DNA of 63,414 bases, filler included, from Sphacelaria rigidula (GCA_964200075.2; 8 parts of 8 records of this genome joined end to end with filler, not necessarily neighbours in it); one strand, 5' to 3'. Numbered from the whole stretch's first letter, positions 12,612 to 25,641 are shown. Notes: a model not told the origin generated them from the sequence alone. Translations and numbers: made by a program.

Positions 12612-15038
12612 ATGAGCGACTCGTCTTGGGGCAGTGTGGGCGCGAGATACGTCTCCAAGTGGTTTAATGGCGCAGCCTGCGCGTCCAATTCAGTCTTGCG
12701 CGCTTCATCAAAACCAAGCGGGGCAGCGGAATGGCTACGTGGAGGGTTCTGGAGTGGTGGGGGTGGAAACGGCAAATCCACCAACCCTGGTGCAGGAGGG
12801 AACTTGGAAGATGGCGAGGACGAGGAGGAATGGGAGATGCGGCTAGGTAGAGAATTGCACGAAAGTGATGGGCAGGTCGAGGTCCCGCTTGCTGGATCCT
12901 TACCTTCTCTGAATATTCCACGACTGGCGCCATGGCTTTGGATACCTGCACTGTGGGGTGTGTACGCTGCGTTGCTGTCGAAGTCTCCTTTGGTGACCAA
13001 GGCCATCACGGCAGGCGTGTTGGCATTCGGGGGCGATCTAATGGCTCAGGGCTTTGAGTTCCAGCGGAGCGGTCGCAACGGGCGATTCGTAACGGTAACT
13101 TGTGCGTAATTATCACTCCGACAATTCTGATTGCATTGCAGTCACCGACCAATGGAGGGTGACTCCTTCCGTGCGTATAGAACAGCCTTTCGTTCAGCCA
13201 GCTGTCACCATCTGGCGGAGGTTGTAGTGCCGTCAGTCAGATTTAGATGTTGTTGACCCCTCACTGTGCAAACGCTGAAGGGGTCATCAATTAACGCTGA
13301 AGGCGTTGAAACAACACAGTCTTGGAATACATGCTCGTTTGTGATGCTGCAGTTTCCATCACACAACTCAGTCTGGTGGGCCATGGCAGGCATACTGATC
13401 GATGTGTTGCAGTGTCCCGGGCGTAAGATTTACCGGCAGGGCTTCTCTGTGTCGTCAAAACAAGCCATATAATCCCCACTCCCACCCCCACCCCCACCCC
13501 AACCTCAATGGTCTCATGGCTATGGCATGCATGATCATGACGTCTCGAAAGGGATGCGTGGTCAATGGCCAAACGACGAAGGCAAGCAATAAATGAGCAC
13601 CCCCCCCCCCTCCCCCCTCAACACGGCCTGCGGAACAAGACGGAAATATGATATATCAAGCGGATTTGTGCAGTGCATGCAAGAAATGTACTGAGCGTCC
13701 AAACGCTGGAGATGTCTTGATTAGGAGTAGGAACGGTGCTCCGTTTCGAAAGGAATGCGTGGTCAAAGGCCAAATGACTGAGGCAAGCAACAGATGAGTA
13801 CCCCCTCCCCCCCATTCCCCCTACTGTGTATGCTCTCCAGGACAAGCGGAGGTTGCTTGCTGTGGTGGTGGATGGTGCTTTCATCACCGGCCCTGCCTTG
13901 CATATATTGTATGGCTTGCTTGAGCACTTCATGCCCACAGAAGGCGCGGGAATGTTTCCGGCCATGTACCATCTGTTACTGGACACGTTTCTGTTCGATC
14001 CGGCATTTGTAGCGTCATTTTTTTGCATTACCGGGTTGTTGGAGAACAGAGCTTTCTTCGGTGATGTGCTCCCAAACTTGAGAAGGTGAGGTGTCGTCGC
14101 TTCCTACACGGTCTCTGAGGAATCTATCAAAGTTTTGTACATCATTCAAGTGAGGCCTGATGCAATCAGTCGTCGTCACCAGTCACGTTGCACGTACTGT
14201 GTCATACATTGTCCATGGCTTGTTTTCTGATTTATTGTCCGCTGCTGTACACCTTGCATTATAATTGTTGTAACTATATAAAGGACGAAACACCCCTTGC
14301 GAACTACTTTGGACGAGGCATGCACTTCAGTGAGCAAGCCCTTGCGGTAGGCGAGATGCGTGTCTCAGCCTGTTGATCGACTGCGCGCGATTTGCGTTCA
14401 GCGTCAAACACCACGAAGGTGCACCGGGCACTAGCTATGCCATGACCGGCGTTGTTGCTGCGATGCCGTATTTCAATTGAGCCTTTCGTGGCGCCAGTCA
14501 ACAGTCCCCTTGGTGCCGCGCGTCCAATCAGTGCCGTGAAACGAATCTGTAGGCGTTCACGTAGCCGGTTGTGCTTGACGCCTACCCATCGCGCATCTAT
14601 ATTTTCACAATCGATCGAATGTGGAGAAAAGATGTGCCCCGAGTTAGCGAGTCACGCTCGCTAATGACTTTTGAAATATACACAACATGCGCGTGAGATC
14701 CAGAGATGTGTGACAGTAGATCCCACCTGTAGTGAAAGACACTTACGACGCCCACCTTCTTCCCGATCCCTTGTTGACTTTTTGGTTTGTTTCATCCCTA
14801 TGTTTACTTGCTCCACAGGGAGTACTGGTCAGCTGTGTGCGGGACGTGGGCGGTCTCTGTCGTCTTCTCCCCCCTCAACTATATCACGTTTCGATATTGC
14901 CCGCTAGAGCTCAGGGTATTATCGGTCAACGTGTGCGACATCGCTTGGACTTTTGTGATCAGTTACTTCAGTCATAAACGGCGACTAGACGCATCACCAG
15001 AAAGGCAATCGCGGGCATCACAAAGAGAAGACACGTGA
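12612..15038 (+). CDS. Mpv17/PMP22 family membrane protein (exons 12612-13094, 13841-14085, 14819-15038; a further upstream exon is possible)
   Basis: Family motifs YAALLSKSPLVTKAITAGVLAFGGDLMAQ, DKRRLLAVVVDGAFITGPALHILYGLLE, LLLDTFLFDPAF and PLNYITFRYCPLELRVLSVNVCDIAWTFVISY. The GT-AG introns join with consistent phases (0 and 2). A strong acceptor near 12509 suggests another 5' exon. Confidence 0.9.
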
Positions 15039-15780
15039 GGTACAACGGGATGCTAGCGAGAGACTTGCCGCATAAACTTGAGATCTGGACTGCCTGCTGG
15101 CTCTTGTTGCTGTTTGTCCCAGAAAATTCAGTTACCGTTGTTTTCAGTGTTGTGATGGTTTCAGTTTTTGTCGGCATCGGCAACAAGAAGGTTTGCCATT
15201 GGCGATTATTAGGATAATACTCATGAGTTTTGATATGTGACGGGGGTACTAGTACCAGTGACACTCGGCCGTGGTGTGAGGCTATACTGGACACGTATAC
15301 CGATGTTCGCCCATGATGCGGGTAGGTATGCGGCTTCAGCCTTCGGTCGAATTTTGCAGCGCAGATGGGGCATCTCCAGTACCTATGCAGCACACAAGTG
15401 GACATGGTGTAGTCGTTCTTAAAACCCACTGATGGACCGTCGGGAAATTTTGCCGTAGATTGTATTTGATAGATTGCCCTGTGTCCAGGGCGCTTCCAAT
15501 TTGGATTCATTCCGGTGTTTGTGATGTGACGTTGCGGTCTCGGATTTCGGCGATGAAACTGGAGTAGTCTCGGCTGGGCCCTTCAACTGTACAACGAAGG
15601 TCTTCCCCAAGGGTATGTCAGAAATAAATTCCGGGACACGTCGGCCCCAAGGTCGAATATTCGAGTTTTTGAGGGCGGGGGGGTAAGGGGGGGGTGGGGT
15701 GTACTCATGATGATGCATGCCATAGTCATCACACCATTGACCTCGCATCCCTACAATGCCGGGACGGAGCACGCCGGGTT

Positions 15781-15880
15781 NNNNNNNNNNNNNNNNNNNN
15801 NNNNNNNNNNNNNNNNNNNNNNNNTTAATTAATTAANNNNNNNNNNNNNNNNNNNNNNNNNNNNNNNNNNNNNNNNNNNN
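15781..15880. other. Artificial contig spacer
   Basis: N/TTAATTAATTAA/N, 100 bp. Confidence 0.97.
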
Positions 15881-17234
15881 ATGTCCCCCGTCTCGTATTT
15901 TTTTCCCGAGAATCTTGTGAAATAACCAACCGTAAAGTAGCCATTTTGTTATTTTGACTCGTTGTTTGGAAATAACGAGAGGAAAAAACCAACCGGAAAA
16001 AACGACCTAAGGACCTCAAAGAAACAGTGTTTAAAATCAACGAAAATTCGAAAAATGGAGAGGAAGCGGACAGGTTTGAGAGCAGTAAGGGGGCGAGCGT
16101 AGGGTTCAAATTTGCTTCGCATCCTCCCGTATGCAGAGACTCAGAAAGCTGTGCTGTCTGTTTGTTGCGTTGCCCGTTATTCTCCGCATCGCGCCTGCAT
16201 GCTGTGTGAAACACACACACTACCTAAACAGTACAGGCAGCCACTGTTGTACAGTCCGCACTATCTATACTGTTCTGTCTATTGAATATAAGTAAAAAAG
16301 TACCGCTTCACGAATTTCGCTCAGCATATCCGATTTAAAGTGTGACAATTCGCTCGGACCCAGACATAGCAAAACAAACTGAATCAGTTCCACCGCACAA
16401 ACTCGTTGGAGTCGAAAAAACAATTACAAGACACGGCCGAATTCGCTGTGCACCCCCACGGCTCATTTTGATTATGGCAAACTAACTATAGATTACATTA
16501 GTACAAATACCTTGTATTTTATTTTGCTCGTGATCTACGCCGCATGCCTGATCCCTCATGTGCTGCCAGCAAAGCTTCGCACCGTCTGTAGCGTCGTTGT
16601 TGAGCACTAGGCAGAGGCATCAGCAGCATGCAGTGAATTGTATTTCCATGGAGAGCGATGGCACGCTTATACTCTCTTCCCGTTGTATCCGGTAGAAATG
16701 CAGCACACATACGAGTCCATACCGACTCTGCACGCAAGTGACTGGAGGGTCAAAACCGGTCAGTGGTTCTCCGGGACTATTCTCTATACAGATGACAAAT
16801 ATCCACATGTTCATCGAAAAGGTGTTTCACGTAGCGAGAGAAGAGCGATTCTGGACCTTGAATGTGGCATAGTCCAGCTCAATCCACTTGCGGGGGTGTC
16901 TCTGTGTAAGTAACCCTTTCACCGCGATGCGGGTAGTCCACCTGGATCACGCACACTTTTTTCAAGCGAGACTGGTGCCGATTCAGCACCTGACCTACCC
17001 TCACGGTGAAAGGGTTGACGAGTCCATGGGAGGTGTTTATTCTTCAGCTCGTTTCTGATTTCATACCTGCACGGAACAGCAAGCCGCGTGTGCATATACA
17101 AGCATCGTCGTTGAACAAGGGCGCTTGGTGGAGGGTTGAAAGAGGAAAATGTTGAGGGATTCGAAAAAGCAGAGTAATGTGGCGAGGCGCAGGAGATGGG
17201 AGAACGATGCGTACACAGGAATTTGACGATAAAC

Positions 17235-18060
17235 ATGTAAGGGTATGCGCGTAAATGCAAAGACAACACACACCTTGTGGCTTGGGTAGCTGCCGATCCG
17301 GTCAAGTTGTCAGCGATGTCTCGGACGGTGGGCTCTCAATCCCTGCCATGTGTCCAAAATTTCCCCACGTAAAGCTTCACGAGTAAACCAGGCAGGAGAA
17401 TTGGGGGCAGCTCGAATTCGATCACGTGCTTCAACACCCCCGATATATATGTAAGGGTGTGCGCGTAAATGCAAAGACAACACAACATACCTAACACGGG
17501 GTTTTACAAACTGGGGATGGATCTTTCATTGGGAATAAAAACCCGGAGGATTCAAATCTTCGTATCCACACCAAATCTTCGAAGTATTCTTCTATTTTTT
17601 CACTTCCTAGTGGTTATTGACAGCTACTATACGCCATACAAATTTGGATTTCGATAACCGAAATGTCGGGGTCCTACGTGAAGAACCTTCAAAATTGTTT
17701 TTCACCTAGGGCCCCGACATTTCGGTTATCGAAATCCAAATTTGTATGGTGTGTAGTAGTTGTCAAAAGCTACCAGGAAGTGAAGAAATGGAAGCATGCT
17801 TCGAAGATTTGGTGTGGATACAAAGATTCTGATCCTCCGGGTTTTCATTCCCAATAAAAAATCCATCCCCGATTTGTAAAACCCCGTGTTACCTCGTGGC
17901 TTGGGTCACTGCCGATCCGGTCAAGTTGTTGGCTATGTCCCGGACGGTGGGCTCTCGATCCCTGCCATGTGTCGAAATTTCTCCTACGCAAAGTTTCACG
18001 AGTCAATGAACCAGGCAAGAGAATTAGGGGCAGCTCGGATTCGATCACGTGCTTCAACAA
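17235..18060. repeat. Tandem duplication of a ~210-bp unit; the second copy is interrupted by a foldback MITE
   Basis: ATGTAAGGGT(A/G)TGCGCGTAAATGCAAAGACAACAC...GCCGATCCGGTCAAGTTGT...TTCGATCACGTGCTTCAACA occurs at ~17235-17440 and again at ~17449-18060, split by 17493-17890. Confidence 0.85.
17493..17890. mobile_element. Foldback MITE (~190-bp inverted arms) with 4-bp TSD ACCT
   Basis: Starts AACACGGGGTTTTACAAA and ends TTTGTAAAACCCCGTGTT. The arms pair almost to the centre. ACCT is present at 17489-17492 and 17891-17894. Confidence 0.88.
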
Positions 18061-18763
18061 CCCGCTTCACCTCAGCCACGGACGGCGTCGGCACGCACAA
18101 GCGAAGACAAGGAAGAAAGCAGCAACGAAGCGGAGACTTCATGAGGGTGTTTGAAGTGATGCGGAGAGCCGGTTGCTGCGTGTGATGCCTCCAACCTCCA
18201 AAAGGGCCTCGTTTGAAGTTGCGACAGTCAAGTCTGAGAAATTCAATCAAGACTCGCCCTGGTCAAAAGGGATCGAAATGGGGGTGTACTGTGTGCGCCC
18301 AGTCACAGAAGCGAAACACAACGCCATGAGCACCAATAAAGCTGAAACTTGTTGGGGGCGTCTCGATTGGTGTTAGAAGAGTGATGAGATGTTTTTTTCG
18401 CGTAGCGCGGCTTCGAATCAATTATGGGAAAAAAAAAGAAGAGCGTGGTTCGGAGTTCGTAATGAGGCCCGGACGGATTGGACAGGATAGGACAGGACAG
18501 GACACTTTTTGAATTTAGGATCAATTGGAGCTTTTTCAGTCCGAAGGGCCTCGAAGGAAAAACACTAGTCGCAAAAATCAAGTCGAGAAAATGGAGTCGC
18601 AAAAAAACGGTTAGTCGATTTTTGACCCGCAGCAGAAACCAAATCAACTTCGTGAAATCATAATCACGATATTGATGTAAACACAAAGAAATTGCCGCAA
18701 GGGCTGCAAGAAACTTCATCTCGAACCGCGGTTTTCCCACGTTTGTTGAGTTCTTAAGGTATA

Positions 18764-19207
18764 TACACGGGATCTCACAAATTGGGGATGGATCATTTAT
18801 TGGGGATGAGAAACCCGGAGGATCAAAATCTTCGTATCCACACGAAATCTTGGAAATATGGTTCAATTTCTTCATCTACTGATAGCTATTGACAATTGCT
18901 ACACGCCGTACAAATTTGGTATTCGATCACCGAAATGTTGGGGTCCCAGGTGAAAAACCAATTTTGGGGAATTTCGGGTGTCCGAGCGGACACCAATATG
19001 GTTCCGAATTTGGTTTTTCACCTGGGACCCCAACAATTGGATGATAGAAATCCAAATATCTATGGCGTGTAGCAATTGTCAATAGCTATCAGTAGGTGAA
19101 GAAATGGAACCGTATTTCGAAAATTTCGTGTAGATACGAAGATTTTGATCTTCCGGATTTCTCATCCCCAATAAATGATCCATCCCCAATTTGTAAGATC
19201 CCGTGTT
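18764..19207. mobile_element. Second, diverged copy of the same foldback MITE family, 4-bp TSD TATA
   Basis: TACACGGGATCTCACAAATTGGGGATGGATC ... GATCCATCCCCAATTTGTAAGATCCCGTGTT. TATA is present at 18760-18763 and 19208-19211. The central spacer is longer than in the first copy. Confidence 0.85.
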
Positions 19208-20867
19208 TATATCTGAATAGCAAGCCCATTCCGTACTTGAAATAACTTGTCGAGAAAATCGTGTTTGTCGAGGTATGATCCCCAAGGGTCGGGGGTGATC
19301 ACCGCGTGCGCCAAAGGGGGGTAAGGCGGGACGAGGCTGCGTTTTCGTCGGTACAGGTGTGAGCGTAGACATGGACTCGGGTGCAGAGTACACGTAATCG
19401 GAAGAGAGGCAGACCCGTCTTTTGCAGCCTCTTCGGAGCATAGCGATGCTCCGGCGAAGGGCATAGACGATGTGAAGGAACATCCGTTCCACGTAACCGT
19501 GTCAGGAACGATGTGGAGGGATCATGTCTGGGAGCATATTTCTGTACGTTTAGGACGATTGATCTACCCTGGTACTCACATTTACTTGATGACAAACACC
19601 AGCACTCAGGGACCAGTCAGTGTATATCCGAGATTGCCGTAGACTTCGTTCAAAAAAGGTGGCTGAAATCACTCACTCAAGGGCCTAATAGGAACTCGAA
19701 TCACCTACCCAAAATTCAAACATCGGGAATACTATACCCGCGTGAACCTTGATCGCATCGCTTCACCTATACTTTGAGAAGATTTACTCTGGTACGCTGG
19801 AAACTTGACTCCAAATGTCAGCTCATTCATGTACACCTATGATGTCGTTCATCTCTACTGGGCTACCTATTCACTCAAGAAAACCCACAAATGATTCCGT
19901 TATTCCAGCTGCGATCATTCCGATACCCTCCGGGCTATGCTCTCGCCCTCGCCGATTCACATTCTTCTCAAAACTCAAAAAGTCATGGACATACCAGCGC
20001 CGGACTTTGACACTTTCTTCTTCCTGGAGAAACATGAACGAAGCACACACCGGAGCACATGTACAGAGAGGGTAGAGACAAGTGTGATCATCAGTTCTCC
20101 TTCGATTGATTGATTTGATCCATTGTCGCACTTTAACTGACCCCCCAGTGATCCAGCAGTGGTCGCATGATAGATGCACCCAAGACACGAAAAAGCTGAA
20201 ACACCCGCTGAAGAAAAGGTGAAAAACAGAAAAAATATATTTACATTTCCAATTTTTTAGGTTCCCTGTTGCCGAGAACGGAATTGTTTCAATCCCCTAA
20301 GGATTGGAGAGGTATCACTACAACCCGCTACACCCTACTAATCAAGTGTTTCACTTCCCCGCCGCGTCCAACCCCGCAATGATTCCGCGGTAGGGGCGCC
20401 CTTTCTGGTCCAAAGATTTTTTTAGGCTGCACACTAAGGCCTAGATGCTTGTCATCGAGAGGCTCCTACCGCAAAGAGCCTCGGAAAAAAGAAAGTGCAC
20501 CCCTTCGATGGCATTTCTACCAGAGATGTTGAGGTGAGGCTTTGTCATACTCAAAAGGGTAAGGAGTGTTCCAGGTAATATTTTTCCGGTGTCGACAGGC
20601 ATTGCAATCCGTAGGTTACGGGCCAAGAAGGTAGATAACAACCCCTAAGGGTACTTCGAGAAGGGATTACATTGTTTTAATTCCCAGGTCGGGGAGGTGA
20701 GATTTGCCGGAAATCAGGAAGGCAGAACATATCCGATGTAGTGACGCCTTCCTCATCTCCAGAGTATTGTTGTCATTCGTACGCTAACTAAAACGCCAGG
20801 TGACACCACCTGAGCGTGCGTCAGGGAGGGATGAGACAATTCCATCCCCTGGGTGGGAGGAAAGGTG

Positions 20868-22212
20868 CAAGGGTAGGTGGAGTAGAGTATACTCAATACT
20901 CAGTATTTTTGAAGAGTCATACTTAGTACTCAAAATTTGAGTAGAGTATTGGAAGCCGTACTCAACGTACTCGAAATTTGAGTAGAGTATTTTGAGATCA
21001 TACTCTACCTAAATACTCAAAAAGTGAGTAGAGTACTGAGGTCACACTCAATTGATACCCTATCAAGTATCACTGAGAGTGCTTGCTCAATATTTGAGTA
21101 GAGTATTTGAGGTCGTACTCGACCTACTCAAAATTTGAGTGGAGTATCTGAGGTCTGGTCCAATGTACCGAGAACCTATAACTTCGACTTCAATATTTAA
21201 GTTCGTACGCAAGATACTCGAACTCGGGTAGAGGAAATACCGAGGTATTCCTAGAGTCGCCCACCCATGATGAGTGTTGATTCAAGGTCAACCTGTCTTG
21301 TCAAACCGTGGCCAGTAGAGTCGCTCATTTTGATAATACCTACTCGACTACTCGACTACTCGATGATGATGAGGAGCGCTCTGTGCTGAAAGTGATATCG
21401 AAGGCGTTAAGAGGTATCGAGTATGAACTGCCGTGCGTGTGGGCTGGTGAGATGAGGCGCTGGGGCAAGTAGGTTCGTTCACCTGCACGCTTCTTGATTT
21501 TTTTATGGCCATCATTCGCTCGTACTCCTTGTTGGCTGTGACGTAATGCCGCCCATCTAATTGATGTCCTCGTTCGCCCATGTATTCAACATAGTCTGTG
21601 AACTGACGTCACGAAGTCGCCGACAGTCAGGGGTCCTCACCATACCCAAGGAGCACTCAATACTTTAGTATACTGAGAGTGCTTACTCAATATTTGAGTA
21701 GAGTATTTGAAGTCGTACTCAACCTACTCAAATTTGAAAAAGAGTATTTGAAACCATACTTAACCTACTCGAAATTCGAGTAGAGTATTTGAGGCCGTAC
21801 TCGACCTACTCAAAATTTGAGTAGAGTATTGAGGTCATACTAAAGTGATACTCTATACTCGAGTGTTACTGGGAATGCTTACTCAAATTTTGAGTAGAGT
21901 ATTTGAGACCATACTCAACCTACTACAAATTTGAGTAGAGTATTTGAGGCCGTACTCGACCTACTACAAATTTGAGTAGAGTATTGAGGCCATACTCAAG
22001 TAATACTCGATACTCAAGTATTACTGATTACTCAATATTCAAGTAGAGTATTTGAGGTCGTACTCGACCTACTCGAATTTTTGTAGAGTATGTGAGGCCG
22101 TACTCGATCTACTCAAAATTTGAGTAGAGTATTTGAGGCCATACTCGACCTACTCAAACGTCGAGTAGAGTAAATACTCGAGCATTTTACTCGAGTACTC
22201 AAAAGTACACAC
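20868..22212. mobile_element. Non-autonomous hAT-like element with ~41-bp GAGTA/TACTC subterminal tandem arrays (right TIR lost)
   Basis: Starts CAAGGGTAGGTGGAGTAGAGTA. Arrays of GAGTAGAGTATTTGAGGTCGTACTCGACCTACTCAAAATTT at ~20880-21250 and ~21655-22205 flank a unique core. The core is homologous, in inverted orientation, to the core of 24248-25641. Confidence 0.75.
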
Positions 22213-23424
22213 TGATCGCCTGGGTAGGATGTTGTCCTCGAAACCTCTCACGCCTCCGAGGGCATCATCGTTCGAACGATACAGGCCACCACATTGTTAT
22301 CACCCCTTGCGCGAGTATCGCTTGTAGGGGACGCTTTGCTGTTGTTTCCGGAGGGGAGGCGTTTTTTCGGGGAGGGTTCGCCCACGAATACCCTAAAACT
22401 GATCACTGTTTCAATGCTACGTCTACTGTAGTCAGGGTCATCGACATGAGTCTGCAGCGGGGCAAAATGGTGGATGACAGGCCCCTCGAGAAGACACGTG
22501 TAACCCGTCATGGATGACCTTTTCCCCCCAAAGGATGAGGTTTACGTACGAAAGGAGTGAAGAGAACCAGAGTCATTATCCAAATCATTCTCGTGATGGA
22601 GGGGTTGGCGACGTTGCGGGAGAATTTACGCGACAAAATAACGTGTGTGTGTCAACATATAAGTGCTTTGTGCACAGGTATATTGAACCATATTTTCGAG
22701 TCAAATAATATATGTACGGCAGCTCTTAACTTGACATCTGAATTCAGAATTGTGCTCGTCACGTGGCAGACGGTTTTACAGTGGAACAAGACCGAGGGTG
22801 CTGATCAACACGATAAGTTGAAACAGCGACCAACCGATTACGCTGTGGTTGTGGCCATACCCCCTCCTCGGCAAAACCATGCACCGCCCGACCAAACCAA
22901 ACTTCAGCGTATTTTTACTATATTAGAGCGCAAACACAGAGAGAGACATGTCCAACCCGTGTTTCTCCTAGATTATTTTCACCGTCAGTTGCCACCAGTG
23001 TAATGGGGCCCGTATCGGAGAGCAGGTTTCATTGACGATCCTCCATTTTCGCGAACACTCTAAAGCTTGCGTTCAACCCGATGGTCTATGTAGCTCGCCG
23101 GTTTTTCTATTCCAGTACTGAGACGCATGGAACAGAAGGTGGAAGGGAGCACAAAAGCATTAAAAATCGACCCAAAAAGGCACATGGGGACAAGCGAACA
23201 TGCACGAGCAAGGCTGCTTCGTGCAGTCTGAAAGAATCCGATCTGGAAACGTTCTGGCGTTTTTGCGGGCGCCCCCATCTTGATCTGAAAAATCGCCATT
23301 TTTTCCCCCAGAGTCGCGACGAATGACCTCGGAACTTATATTCGTCGGGAGGAGTTATCAAGGGGCAGGTCGCGACAGAATCCTCTTTCCAGGCCGTTAT
23401 TTGGATCATAACAAAAGGGCCGGT

Positions 23425-23680
23425 GACACTTTCTACGATACCCCCCCCCCCCCCCCCCCCAAAAAACAGCCCAAAAGTGTCACGAAACAAATGGACATAC
23501 AGTGCCTGATGTTTGGGTTCAGGCTGTACTAAGCGCCTCATATGGGCGACATTGGCGGGAACGAACCCAAGCATGGGAAGTCCCAGATGCTTCCTGTGCT
23601 CGGCTTTTTCCATCTCGATTTACGTGGAGATTTTGCCTCCCCAAACCAGGCACTTTGGGGGGAGGGGGGGGGGGGGGAGA
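23425..23680. mobile_element. MITE family GACACTTTCTACGATA-polyC (copy 1, right end degraded)
   Basis: Aligns along its length to 55646-55896 and 55400-55476. Confidence 0.75.
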
Positions 23681-23720
23681 GAGAGTTTTTTTGCTTCATT
23701 TAGTAAATGTACCATTAGAC

Positions 23721-23820
23721 NNNNNNNNNNNNNNNNNNNNNNNNNNNNNNNNNNNNNNNNNNNNTTAATTAATTAANNNNNNNNNNNNNNNNNNNNNNNN
23801 NNNNNNNNNNNNNNNNNNNN
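23721..23820. other. Artificial contig spacer
   Basis: N/TTAATTAATTAA/N, 100 bp. Confidence 0.97.
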
Positions 23821-24247
23821 AGGAACGGTGCTCCGGCTCGAAAGGGATGCGGGGTCAAAGGTCAAACGACTAAGGCAAGCAACAAATGAGTACGCCCCCC
23901 CCCCCTTCCGGAGATGCTTATGAAGATGTCATCAACAGTTTTGGCCCGACACGTACGCAGGAAAATGCCCCCGGGGACGACCGAGATATCACTACAACTG
24001 CTATGACCTATCGCATTCATTTATCAAAACTCTCCACCGCTCTCAACCCGGGAATCGACCCATATCTTCCCCTCTCAAAAACGCTCAGGGAGTGTTGCCT
24101 ACAGTTTTTTGGCATGAAACCTCCGAATAACTATACCCCAATGAACCCAAGAGGTATCACTAGATTTTCTGCCGTTGATGAGATTTGGATAGGTGTATCA
24201 CTGTCGAAAATGCTCAAGACCCGTTGGTTGTCGCTACTGGAACCTTT

Positions 24248-25641
24248 CAAGGGCAGGTCGGATAGGGTATATACTTTTGAATACTCGGGTAAAATGCCCG
24301 TATTTACTCTGCTCAATGTTTGGGTAGATTGGGTACAGCCTCTATACTCTACCCAAATTTAGGGTAGATTGGGTATGACCTCAAATACTCTACCCATTTT
24401 GGGGGGTAGATTGAGTACGACCTAAAATGCTCTGCCCAATATTGGGTACGTACTCTCAGTAATATTTGAGTATAGAGTATCACTTGGGTATGACCTCAAT
24501 ACTCCCACCAAAATTGGGTAGATTGAGCATGACCTCCAATACTCTACCGAAAGTTTGGGTAGATTGAGTATGACCCCAAAAGCTCTATCAAATATTGGGT
24601 GAGTCACCTCGGTAATACTCAGGTATAGAGTATCACTTGGGTATGATGAGTAACCGTGGCCGTTGGCGCCTTCGTGACGTCACTTCACAGACTACGTCGA
24701 ATATATGGGCGAACGGTGGCCATAAATGAGATGAGTGACGTCAAATCACAACCTTCAGTGAGTATGAGCGAACGGTGGTCATACAAAACCAAAATCAAAA
24801 AGCGTAGGTGCATGAACCTACCTGCCCCACCCCCGGCAGTACATATCAATACCCATACTCATACCTCATACTTCGCATCCTCCTCGATATCAGCTTCAGT
24901 ACAAAGCGTTGCTCATTATCATTCGGGAATCGAGAAGACGGGTAGAACGATGGAAGATATGAGAAAACCGCAACAGTCGCGAGGGGAAACAACAGGAAAA
25001 GGCGCCACGGGGTCAGGAGTGATGGACCTGACCCCAAAAGAGGTGGTGTACAGGCGGTTTGGGCATCTTGGGTACGAATTTTGAATACTAAAGATATACC
25101 CAACACTTTTGGTATCTGGGGTCCTGCCTCAGATACTCTACCCAAATTTTGGGTTGATCGGGTATGACCTCAAATAATCTACCCGTATTATGGGTAGATC
25201 GACCACGACCTCAAATACTCTTCCCAAATTTTGGGTAGATTGAGTACGACCTCAAATACTCTACCCAGTATTGGGTAAGCACTCTTAGCAATACCTGGGT
25301 ATAGAGTACCACCTGGGTATGACCTCTATACTCTATCCGTATTATGGATAGATTGGGTACGGCCTCAAATACTCTACACATTTTTTGGGTAGATTGAGTA
25401 AGACCTCAAATACTCTACCCAATATTGGGTTAGTAGTATCACTTGAGTATAGAGTATCACTTGGGTATGAACTCAATACTCTACCCAAAAATTTGGGTAG
25501 ATTGAGTGTGCCTCAAATACTCTACCCATTTTTTGGGTAGATTGGGCACGACCTCAACTAATCTACCCAAAAATTGGGTACTAAGAGTATGACTTTTAAA
25601 AAATACCGAGTATCAGGCCTACCCTAACCGACCTGCCCTTG
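24248..25641. mobile_element. Complete non-autonomous hAT-like element, 1394 bp, with 22-bp TIRs, 8-bp TSD and subterminal tandem arrays
   Basis: TIR CAAGGGCAGGTCGG(A/T)TAGGGTA at both ends. Flanks are GAACCTTT (24240-24247) and GAACCTTC (25642-25649). Arrays of TACTCTACCCAAATTTTGGGTAGATTGAGTATGACCTCAAA at ~24300-24650 and ~25070-25610. No transposase ORF. Confidence 0.85.

Noticed and set aside
20880..22205. Regularly spaced palindromic ~41-bp repeats resembling a CRISPR array (also 24300-25610)
   Set aside because: The units are contiguous and degenerate with no unique spacers, and there are no cas genes. They lie inside TIR-bounded elements, one with a TSD, so they are subterminal transposon repeats.
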